Virus record (IMG/VR): IMGVR_UViG_3300042934_000801
Span: 1-63,304 of that record
Source of the DNA: a virus
Taxonomy: Duplodnaviria > Caudoviricetes
Length of the DNA stretch: 63,304 bases
Reading direction: 5' to 3' (one strand)
Under the pieces are notes generated by a model. It made no database searches, was not told the origin of the DNA, and saw nothing but the letters and a program-made list of their open reading frames with translations. This document shows, one piece after another, positions 8,677 to 17,500 of this stretch (within the stretch, counting starts at the first letter, position 1; each line of letters opens with the position of its first letter). Position numbers and translations under genes: made by a program.

Positions 8677-9429
8677 GTGTTCGATTTTCCGATCCATCCG
8701 ACCATTGGTTTCCGAGCAATCGGCCTGACCAAGCGCGGCGTTCCGATCTGGCCCGTCATGGGCGCTTCGGAAGAGCACACCGGTCCCGTTCCTGGCGTCC
8801 CTGATGGCGGCGGCGGCGATGGTGGTGCTGGCGGCGATGCAGGCGGTGCAGGCGGTGCAGGCAGCGATTCCGGAGGGGACGGCGACCGGGGTTTCCCGGC
8901 CAACACCCCCATCAAGGACATGACCGCTGATCAGCAGGCCGCGTACTGGAAGTTCCACGACCGGCGCAAGAGCGACAGGCTCGACGCGTACGGCGGGATC
9001 ACTCCCGAGCAGGCCAAGCAGTGGAAGCAGGATGCGGAAAACGCCCGCCTCAACGGTCTCCCCGCCGATCAGCGGGTGATCGAAGAGGCGCGCACGGAGG
9101 CTGCAGCAGCGGCTGCCGTGAAGGAAGCCGAGAAGTGGGCACCCGTGCTCGCACGCGAGGTGATCGGACGGTTCGTCGAGGACAAGAAGAAGCAGGATTC
9201 GATGCTCGCTGTTCTCAATCCGATGGCGTTCATGAAGGACGGCACGTTCGACAGTGACGCGCTCATCGGGCATCTCACCACGGTCTACGGCGCCGGCAAC
9301 GGCGGCACCAACGGTGGTGGACAGCAACAGACCCCGCAGTGGGGTCAACAGGGCGGAACCCCGCCGGCCCAGTCGGGCAAGGAACAAGGAATGGCCGAGG
9401 CGAAGCGCCGCGGCTACGTCAAGGACTAG
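8677..9429 (+). CDS. Capsid scaffolding protein
   Basis: Gly/Asp-rich N-terminus, GFPANTPIKDMT..QQAAYWK, position before decoration and capsid genes. Confidence 0.8.
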   Translation: MFDFPIHPTIGFRAIGLTKRGVPIWPVMGASEEHTGPVPGVPDGGGGDGGAGGDAGGAGGAGSDSGGDGDRGFPANTPIKDMTADQQAAYWKFHDRRKSDRLDAYGGITPEQAKQWKQDAENARLNGLPADQRVIEEARTEAAAAAAVKEAEKWAPVLAREVIGRFVEDKKKQDSMLAVLNPMAFMKDGTFDSDALIGHLTTVYGAGNGGTNGGGQQQTPQWGQQGGTPPAQSGKEQGMAEAKRRGYVKD

Positions 9430-9438
9430 GAGTCTGCA

Positions 9439-9843
9439 ATGTCGAGTGACATTTCGGTTCGGTCCACGTCATACGCGACGGACGACCGCGCTTGGCTCAT
9501 CGGCCAGCACGGTGTGGACGTCACCCCCAGTGTGACGCTGGACATCTCGAAGTTCACGAAGAACACCCATTACCCCGATGGGTTCATCAAGTCGGGCACC
9601 CCGCTCGGCAAGGTCACCGCGACCGGCCTGTACGGGCCGTACAACGACGCGGCGTCCGACGGCACCGAGGTGTGCGCCGGTCTGCTGTTCAGCTTCGTGC
9701 GCGCCATCGACCCCAGCAACGGCAACACGTTGGTCAAGGTCGGCGGCGCACGGTTCGTGCACGGGGCTGTCAAGGAGTCGAAGTTGCCGATCGCGATCAA
9801 CGCGGCCGGCAAGGCCGACCTGTCCCAGATCATCTGGCTGTAA
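9439..9843 (+). CDS. Head decoration protein
   Basis: IKSGTPLGKVTATGLYGPY..ASDGTE motif; directly precedes the capsid gene. Confidence 0.85.
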   Translation: MSSDISVRSTSYATDDRAWLIGQHGVDVTPSVTLDISKFTKNTHYPDGFIKSGTPLGKVTATGLYGPYNDAASDGTEVCAGLLFSFVRAIDPSNGNTLVKVGGARFVHGAVKESKLPIAINAAGKADLSQIIWL

Positions 9844-9857
9844 GGGAGAGCTGAACA

Positions 9858-10901
9858 ATGGCAATCGTTTTCGACGGCCCGGTCTCCCCGGACGCCCTCA
9901 CCACGTTCATCCGGCAGGTGCCGATCCCGGCAAGCAACGCACTGCAGGCTCTGTTCCCCACTCGGTACTTCGACTCCAATCGGGTCGACTGGGCCGAGCT
10001 GGTGCAGACCAACCGCACCGCGGCCTACCGGTCGTTCGACGGTCTGATCCATGTGTCGAGTCGTGACGCCGGGTCGGGCAAGTACGTCGAGCTGATCCCG
10101 TTCTCCGACTCGCTGAACCAGGGCGAGTACGAGCGGATCGCACGCGAGATCGTCCGTCTTGGCGGCACCAACCGCCAGGCCCAGGTCAACGCGGCGTACA
10201 ACGACGCCGAACGCCTCAAGGGCACGATGGACAACCGCATCGAGCTCGCATGGGGCGATGTGCTGTCCGACGGCAAGCTCACCATCAACGAGGGTGGGTT
10301 CAACGGCGAGGCCGACTACGGCGTGCCGGCCAACCAGGTCACCGCCCCAGCGGGTGCTCTGTGGACGGAAGCCAACGCGGCCACCGCAGTTCCGCTGACC
10401 GATCTGGACACCTGGCAGGAGATCCGGATCGCGAACGGCAACAACATTGCGACCCGGATGCTGACGTCGCGAGTGCGGCTCGGTGCGCTGCGCCGCAACA
10501 AGCAGATCATCGACGCGGTGTTCGGTGCGACCGCCGGCCGCACCGCGGTGTCGATCGACGAGCTGAACACGCTGCTGTCCTCGGAGAACCTGCCGACGGT
10601 GATCACCTACGACTCGACGCTCAACGTCGAGGGCTCGGTGACCCGCGTGCTGCCGCAGGACAAGGTGCTGCTGCTGCCCGAGGACATCGGCTCGCTGGGC
10701 TTCATGGCGTTCGGTATGACCGCCACCGCGCTGGAGCTGGTCGGTTCCGGCAACGTCGACATGTCGTTCGGCGATGCCCAGGGCATCGTCGGCGTGGTCG
10801 AAAAGGTCGGCCCCCCGTACCGGGAGTTCACCTTCGTCGACGCGGTCGGTATGCCGATCCTGTCGAACGCCGGCCTGCTCACGATCGCGGACGTGGCCTG
10901 A
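9858..10901 (+). CDS. Major capsid protein (lambda gpE-like)
   Basis: 347 aa, LQALFP, RIELAWGDVLSDGK, paired with a decoration protein. Confidence 0.9.
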   Translation: MAIVFDGPVSPDALTTFIRQVPIPASNALQALFPTRYFDSNRVDWAELVQTNRTAAYRSFDGLIHVSSRDAGSGKYVELIPFSDSLNQGEYERIAREIVRLGGTNRQAQVNAAYNDAERLKGTMDNRIELAWGDVLSDGKLTINEGGFNGEADYGVPANQVTAPAGALWTEANAATAVPLTDLDTWQEIRIANGNNIATRMLTSRVRLGALRRNKQIIDAVFGATAGRTAVSIDELNTLLSSENLPTVITYDSTLNVEGSVTRVLPQDKVLLLPEDIGSLGFMAFGMTATALELVGSGNVDMSFGDAQGIVGVVEKVGPPYREFTFVDAVGMPILSNAGLLTIADVA

Positions 10902-11248
10902 TGGCGCGCCTGGTCAAGCACGTCTCTCTGCGGGATGACACCGGCAATGTGGTGTCGTTCGGTCCCGGTGAGGACGTGCCGGAATGGGCGAGCAAGCGGA
11001 TCACCAACCCGGCGGTCTGGGAGGGCGGCGAAGCCCCCGAGTCCGTGGCCGGCGGTGACACCGGTGGGTCCGATGGGTCCGCAGCCGGCGGCACTCTGGA
11101 GCCCCCGCCGCGCGGTGGCGCCGGCGGCGGCCGGGACGCCTGGGCCGAGTACGCGTCGCACTTCACGGACAAGGTGACCATCACCGAGGACGACAAGCGC
11201 GACGAGATCATCGACAAGCTCGAAAAGGCTGGTGTGCGGGTCGAATGA
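10901..11248 (+). CDS. Small capsid-adjacent protein
   Basis: TGATG coupling to the capsid gene; FGPGEDVPEWA..ITNP and PPPRGG..RDAWAEYA segments. Confidence 0.7.
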   Translation: MARLVKHVSLRDDTGNVVSFGPGEDVPEWASKRITNPAVWEGGEAPESVAGGDTGGSDGSAAGGTLEPPPRGGAGGGRDAWAEYASHFTDKVTITEDDKRDEIIDKLEKAGVRVE

Positions 11249-11691
11249 CCGCCCCCACGCCCGCTGACGGAAAGTTCGTCACGAGCGACGCCGTGATGGC
11301 CCGGTTCGAAGGGATATTCCCTTCGAGCCGGGTCACATGGCTGAAATGGCGCATCGTCGACGTCGAGAACGAACTGCTCGGCGAAGTGCCGTCGCTGCGC
11401 ACCATCGACCTGGACTCCACCGATGAGGCTGTCAAGATCCGGATCGGCCGCGTGCGCTCGCTGATCATCGAGAAGCTGCTCGACCTGTACCGCAACCCCG
11501 ACGGCGCCAGCACCAAGAGCCAGGCCATGGACGGGTTCAGTGAATCCCGTTCATACCAGCAGGGTTCCAGCGAGGGCCGCGGACGCATCGCGTTCACCGA
11601 GGACGAACTGAACCGGGTGCGGCTGCCGAAGCGGCGCCGACCCAAGATCGGCACCTACGGTGTCAGCCCGGCGGGCACATCGTCGTGCTGA
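11245..11691 (+). CDS. Head-to-tail adaptor
   Basis: RNPDG...S.S....G.I.FT..EL pattern; synteny. Confidence 0.75.
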   Translation: MTAPTPADGKFVTSDAVMARFEGIFPSSRVTWLKWRIVDVENELLGEVPSLRTIDLDSTDEAVKIRIGRVRSLIIEKLLDLYRNPDGASTKSQAMDGFSESRSYQQGSSEGRGRIAFTEDELNRVRLPKRRRPKIGTYGVSPAGTSSC

Positions 11692-12008
11692 CGCTGCCGA
11701 ACGCGACCGAGGTGACGCCACAGCGTTCCACGATCGTGTTCGGCGAGAAGACCCCAGTGCCGATGGAACCGGTGATGGTCGGATACCTGCTCGAACCGCC
11801 GAACCCGGTGGTCACCGAATCCGGTGTGCGCTACACGCAGTCAGGCACCTTGTACGCAGAGCGCGGCGCCGACCTGCAGACCGGCGACAAAATCCCGCTT
11901 CCCGAAGGGGTTTTCGGGATCGTCGCCCCCGCCGAACTCGACTACGACCACCCGATGAACGGGCACGACTTCGGCTTCAAACGCCTACGAATCGAACTGG
12001 GAGGGTAG
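11685..12008 (+). CDS. Head-to-tail stopper
   Basis: ERGADLQTGDKI motif; synteny. Confidence 0.65.
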   Translation: MLTLPNATEVTPQRSTIVFGEKTPVPMEPVMVGYLLEPPNPVVTESGVRYTQSGTLYAERGADLQTGDKIPLPEGVFGIVAPAELDYDHPMNGHDFGFKRLRIELGG

Positions 12009-12010
12009 CG

Positions 12011-12382
12011 ATGAAGTGCAACATTCCGGCCAACCCGAACCCATTCCTGCAGCACTACCTCATGTCTCCGCGAAACTCGGCGGTGATGCGCGAGGCCGGC
12101 CAGACCGTCGCGGGCCTGTACTCGTCGATCGTCGCCCAGGACAGCGGTGCCCTGGCGGCATCCCCGCGGGTGGACCTGGCGCTGGGCGGCATGAAGAACG
12201 ACCGCATCTGCGCCGATGTCGTCGTCGGTGAGGGACTTCCGCGCGGCGGCTACGGCGCCTCGCGCAACTTCGGTATCGGTATCCACCCGAAGTCGGCGAC
12301 CCCGCCGACCCCCTGGATGCCGCAGGCCGCCGAGAACGACCTGCTCAAGACTCTGGCGATCCTGGACGCGATGTCGCGATGA
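12011..12382 (+). CDS. Neck/tail completion protein
   Basis: GGAGG RBS, VAQDSGALAAS; synteny between stopper and terminator. Confidence 0.6.
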   Translation: MKCNIPANPNPFLQHYLMSPRNSAVMREAGQTVAGLYSSIVAQDSGALAASPRVDLALGGMKNDRICADVVVGEGLPRGGYGASRNFGIGIHPKSATPPTPWMPQAAENDLLKTLAILDAMSR

Positions 12383-12912
12383 TCTCCTATCCCAGCTGGT
12401 GGAAGGGCGGCCGGTGGGATATCGAACGGCTACTCAGCGACCTGTTCACCTTCGAAGAGAATCCCGCCGCGGCTGATCTGACCAACGTGCGCGTCGAGCG
12501 AATGTTCGTCGCGATCAAGGACCAGGAAGCCCATCTCGCCGCCGGCGGGGGATTCCTACTGGTCCATCGGCGCAGCGGCCGGCTGAACAAGACGACTCGG
12601 CAGTGGACCGACGAGACGATCACCGACCTGGCCACACTCACCGCATCACCCGACGAGTCGATCAAGCTGAACTCGTACCTGACGTCCGTGCTCGAAGAGT
12701 ACGACGAAGGCGGCACCGTCTACCGGTCCACGCCGCACCCCTCTGGTCTCCTGACAACCTTCATGAAAGTTCCGGGTGAAGTTGTTGGGCCGCAATTGAT
12801 TCCGGAACTACTCAGGGATGAACGCATTGTCCCGTCGACATGGGAGATCCACGCCGACAGGCCACGCGGTCTTCCCGACTACCGCGAGGCACTGGGCCTC
12901 GATTCGATGTAA
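12379..12912 (+). CDS. Tail terminator
   Basis: PSWW.G...DIERLL, EVVGPQLIP; directly before the major tail gene. Confidence 0.7.
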   Translation: MISYPSWWKGGRWDIERLLSDLFTFEENPAAADLTNVRVERMFVAIKDQEAHLAAGGGFLLVHRRSGRLNKTTRQWTDETITDLATLTASPDESIKLNSYLTSVLEEYDEGGTVYRSTPHPSGLLTTFMKVPGEVVGPQLIPELLRDERIVPSTWEIHADRPRGLPDYREALGLDSM

Positions 12913-12924
12913 GGAGAAACCGAA

Positions 12925-13593
12925 ATGGCGCCGACACCTGCACCGTTCACGGCCCGCCGAAACTTGCTGCTCGCCGCACGCAAGCTGGCCGTGATCCAGT
13001 ACGACTACACCGCACCGCTGATCACCACGGTGAAGAACCCCACCACCGGCGCACTGGTGCTGCCGGACAACGGGTTCCCCATCGGCCTGCACTCCAAGCA
13101 GCAGGGTGGCCGGCTCGCGAACGCCCAGACCATCGAGGACATCCGGTCCCACGGTTTCGGCGGCCCGACACGGCAGATCCCCACCGAGCGGGACATTACC
13201 CTCGGCCTGCAGGCGCAGGAGACCCACCGCCGCAACCTGGAAAACCAGTACGGCGCGGACTTCTCCGATGTCGTGCCCGATGCGGCCGGTGGCGTGCATC
13301 TGGATATCCCGGATCTGCCGCTGAACAAGCTGTCGCGCGTCGTGCTGCTCGGCAAGGACGACTGGAACGGCCTGCCGATCTACCTCGCGTGGGTCGGTAA
13401 CCGCGTCAACATCACCGAGACGAGCGAGCAGCAGATCACCGACGCTGCGCTGGTCGATTACCCGTACACGATGAACTTCCAGGGAGAGGACGCCTTCGCC
13501 GAAGGCAACCCGCTGTTCATCGAGATCTTCGGGCCCGGTTGGGCGGCCATCCAGGACGCTGGCACCGACACCGGCTTCGGCGGCGGGTCGTAA
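12925..13593 (+). CDS. Major tail (tube) protein
   Basis: Strong AAGGAG RBS, IRSHG...PTR, FGPGW; ends GFGGGS. Confidence 0.85.
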   Translation: MAPTPAPFTARRNLLLAARKLAVIQYDYTAPLITTVKNPTTGALVLPDNGFPIGLHSKQQGGRLANAQTIEDIRSHGFGGPTRQIPTERDITLGLQAQETHRRNLENQYGADFSDVVPDAAGGVHLDIPDLPLNKLSRVVLLGKDDWNGLPIYLAWVGNRVNITETSEQQITDAALVDYPYTMNFQGEDAFAEGNPLFIEIFGPGWAAIQDAGTDTGFGGGS

Positions 13594-13596
13594 CCC

Positions 13597-14157
13597 ATGG
13601 CTGCTGCGAAGACCCCGCGCCGTCGGTCTCCGGCCACCCTCACGGTGGCCGGGGAGCCGGTCGGTGAATGGGCCAAGGTACTCGCCGAGACCCGCGAGAA
13701 GGGAAAGGCGATCGACCCGTTCCGCGTCACCGCGGATCTGGTGCTGTACCCGCCGACGCCGGAGCGGGCGAAGAAAATGAGTGCGGCGACACTGGCAGCT
13801 CAGGCGGCCATCGCCGCGGCGGCCAGCGCGATCCAAGTGGGTGCCACGCCGGCCGAGGTCCAGGAGATGAACAAGACCATCGAATCCGCGGACACCGCGT
13901 ACACCGAAGGTCTGATCGGCGAGCAGGAACTCCCACTGGTCGACGCGTACTTCGCTGACAAGGGCGAGTGGGAACGCCAGGCATTCATCGAAGCCGTGAA
14001 ACGGCAGTTCCTTCAACTCCCGGACGCGGGTGAGTGCCCCAGCTGTGGACGAGCACTCGATGAGGACGCGGCGGGAAAAGGGCTCGAATCCTCGACTTCA
14101 TCGAGCACTACTGGGATGAACTCGAAGGAGACTTCGCCACTGTCCTCAACGGCGTAG
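13597..14157 (+). CDS. Tail assembly chaperone (short form)
   Basis: Between major tail and tape measure genes; contains the G-GGA-AAA slippery site. Confidence 0.85.
   Translation: MAAAKTPRRRSPATLTVAGEPVGEWAKVLAETREKGKAIDPFRVTADLVLYPPTPERAKKMSAATLAAQAAIAAAASAIQVGATPAEVQEMNKTIESADTAYTEGLIGEQELPLVDAYFADKGEWERQAFIEAVKRQFLQLPDAGECPSCGRALDEDAAGKGLESSTSSSTTGMNSKETSPLSSTA
14073..14079 (+). promoter_or_regulatory. Programmed -1 ribosomal frameshift site GGGAAAA
   Basis: In-frame G GGA AAA; the -1 frame reads KRARILDFIEHYWDELEGDF... without a stop to 14552. Confidence 0.9.
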
Positions 14158-14552
14158 ACGCCCGGGACTGGGCCCACGGCACCCGTCCGTGGTCCCAGTT
14201 CCTGACCTACTGCGACAAGGTCGCCCGCACCGACGGATCCGATGTGTGGGCGGCCCTGCTGCGCGACGAGCGGCACTTCCCGGCATATCAGAAGCACCTC
14301 AAAGAGCAGGTCGACAAAAAGTATCGGCCCGACCTGCGGGGCTTCAGCCGTGAGACAAGAGCCATGCACGACCTCGAAGTCCGAATGACGCTCTTGCACC
14401 GCACGATCGCGAAGAACATGGGCATCCCGCTGCCCGCAGCGCCGGTCTTTCCGGCGGAACTCATCGAGGCCAAGGCCGACGAGGCGTACCTCGATGACCT
14501 GTTCGGCGACATCTACGCGGCCATGCCGAACACGCGACGGCCCAACACCTGA
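14076..14552 (+). CDS. Tail assembly chaperone, frameshifted C-terminal part (joined to 13597)
   Basis: Open -1 frame from the slippery site to TGA 14552. Confidence 0.85.
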   Translation, partial: KRARILDFIEHYWDELEGDFATVLNGVDARDWAHGTRPWSQFLTYCDKVARTDGSDVWAALLRDERHFPAYQKHLKEQVDKKYRPDLRGFSRETRAMHDLEVRMTLLHRTIAKNMGIPLPAAPVFPAELIEAKADEAYLDDLFGDIYAAMPNTRRPNT

Positions 14553-14570
14553 CGATCGGAAGGGAGGCGA

Positions 14571-17500
14571 ATGCCTGACTACAGCGCCGGCACAGCGAGT
14601 GTGCGCATTCGCCCGAACGCCGATGACTTCGTTCGCGACCTCAACGCGAAGCTGAAGGCGGTCAAGGATCCCGGCTACCCGATCAGCGTGTCGGCGAACA
14701 CCGGTCAGGCGTCGGCCGACATCAAGCGGTTCCGTGATGTCGAGTCCCGCAACGGGATGAAGCTGGGTGTCGACGTGGCGCTGGGCCAGGCACAGGCCGA
14801 CATGGCGGCGTTCCGTGCCCGCCAGCGCGCCGACGGTCTCACGATCAAGGTCGATGCGGACACGAAGTCGGCTGACAACCAGCTCTCGGCGTTGCAGCGC
14901 CGCCTGAGCACGTTGGCGTCTGGCCGGGATGCTCTGCGCCTGAACATCGGTGCCGGTCTGCTCGGCAGTGTGCAGCCGGCGGTGGCCGGTCTGGCTTCGG
15001 TCGCGGCCGGTCTGCAGCAGGTGTCTGGCGCCGCGCTCGCGGTGCCGGGCGCGATCGCCGGCGCGGCCGCGAGCATCGGCACGCTGGCGTTCGGCCTGTC
15101 GGGGATCTCGGACGCGTACAAGGCGGTGTCCGACGCGTCGGAGTCGGCGGGCAAGGACCAGGCGGCGTCCGCTCGGCAGGCCGCGCAGGCGTCGAACACT
15201 CTGCGCAACGCGGTCGTCGATGAGGCGCAAGCACGCAAGGACGTCGCCGAAGCCACCCGCGATGCCCGGAATGAACTGCGGGATCTGCACACCGAGATGC
15301 GCGGCGGCCTGATCAACGAGTCGCGGGCCATCCTGCAGGCACAGCAGGCGCGCGAGCGGTTTGCCAAGGGCGATTACACCGACCAGCGCGACGCTCTGCT
15401 CGACATCGCCGAAGCCGACCAGCGGGTGCTGGAGGTCCGGCAGCGCAACGCCGACAAGGCTGTGGACCTGGCGCAGGCGCAGCGCGAGGGTGTCGCGGGT
15501 TCCGATCAGGTGGTCGCGGCCAACGAGCGGCTGGTCCGGTCGCAGCAGCAGGTCGCCGACGCTCAGATGGGCGCCGCCGAGGCCGCCACGTCGATGGGCG
15601 CCGCGCAGGAAAAAGCCATGCAGGAAATGGCCAAGCTGAGCCCGAGCGCGCAGAAGTTTGTCCAGACGCTGGTCGACATGAAGCCGCAGTTCGCCGAGTT
15701 CCGCGCTGCGGCAGCCGAACCGCTGCTGGAGGGCAAGGACGTCGAGTTCCGCAACTTCTACGAGAAAGTCGCGCCGAGCTTCAAGACGGGCATGGGCGAG
15801 ATCGCCGGCGCCTGGAACGACAACATCACTGCGCTGACTGAGTCGCTGGGTTCGGACACCGGTGTCGGGTTCATCGACCGGATACTCGGCAACACCGGTG
15901 ACGCGCAGTCCCGGCTGACCAAGGCCGTCGACCCTGTCGTTCGCGTGATCGGCACGTTATCGGCGGCCGGCTCGGATGTCCTGCCCCGTCTGGCCGACGC
16001 GACCGGCCGCTTCGCCGACCGGCTGGCCGACGCGCTAACCGAGGCCGACAAGGACGGCTCGCTCGACGCGATGATCAACCGCGGTCTCGACGGGCTGACG
16101 AGCCTTGGCCGCACCACCGTGAGCTTCGGCAAGTCGCTCAATGCGATCACTTCGTCGGCGGGCGGCGGTTCATTCCTGCAGTGGCTGGAGACCAGCACCG
16201 ACCGGATGCAGAAGTTCCTCAACTCGGCCGAGGGCAAGAACAAGATCCGCGAGTACCTGGCCGATGGCCGCGACCTGGCGCAGAAGATCGGCGAGGCGCT
16301 GAGCAAGCTGCCCGGCGCGTTGGCCGGCGTGCAGGACGCGGCGCAAACCTACCTCGGCGGCGCGCTGGTGATCGTGCGCGAACTGGCCGCGCTGATGGGC
16401 GAGCATCCCGACCTCGTGAAGACGGTCGTCGCGGCATACCTGACGTGGAAGACGGTCACCCCGATCGTGCAGGGCGTCGGCGGACTGCTGACCGGAATGT
16501 CGACGAGCCTGGTGGCGTTGGGTACCGGCTTCTCCGACACCCGAAAGAAGGCCAGCGACGAATTCGGTGTCATCCAAAAGAGATTCGACGATGCAGGTGG
16601 GCCGAAAGGGCTCGGCAAGTTCTCCGGCGCGCTGGCCGCGCTCGGCGCCGCGGCCGGCCCGTTCGGCCTGCTCGCTGGCACGATCGCCTCCGTCGCTATC
16701 CCAGCGCTGATGAACCTGAAGACCGCGCACGAGGAAGCCGCCGAAAAGGTCGGAGACCTCAACCAACGCGAGCTGGAGCTTGAGCAGACGCTCGACCGCG
16801 TCACCGGCAAGATGACCGCCCAGAGCCGCGACTCACTGCTGCAGCAGGCGCAGGACTTCGCGCCGAAGGGACCCGGGGCGGGCATACCCGGCATCAGCGA
16901 GGGTAACGCGCTCGCGGCCGCCACATCGTTGGGCATCAACCCGAAGACCTACGGCGACGCACTGACAGGCAACGGCGCTGCGCAGCAACAGGTTCGGGAC
17001 ATCCTGTCCAAGAACAACCTGGTGCCCGAGTTCCAGGCGAACGCGCAGCTCACCGGCGATGCGAACTTCCTTTCGAACATCACCGGTGGCTCGATAACCC
17101 AGGACAAGTTGATCAGTGCTCTGCTCGGTGATACCAAGGCCATCGAGGAGTTCACCGCGGCGCTGGAAAAGGCAGAGCTGGGCGCGACCGAAGAACAGTC
17201 GCAGCGGCTCGCCGGGCTCGATCTGGCGTCTATCTCGCAGCGGCTGTCTGACACCGGCAGGGCATCGGTGCTCGCCGGCGGCGCGCTGAACTACCTCACC
17301 AGCCCGATCGCGCCGGCACAGCAGTCAGTGGTGGAGCGCAACCAGGCGAACTACGGCCGGTTCCGGCTGACCGACGCTGGGCGAGGATTCTTCGGCGGCG
17401 ACCTGCAGGTGACGTCGTCGGGTTCGGACTACTCGATCGTCGCCCCGGCAATGACACCAGGATTGCAGGCGTCGTTGCAGGCATCCCAGCTGGAGCACAA

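Noticed and set aside
14073-14079. Tail chaperone frameshift as a novel finding
   Set aside because: Real but a standard feature of long-tailed phages
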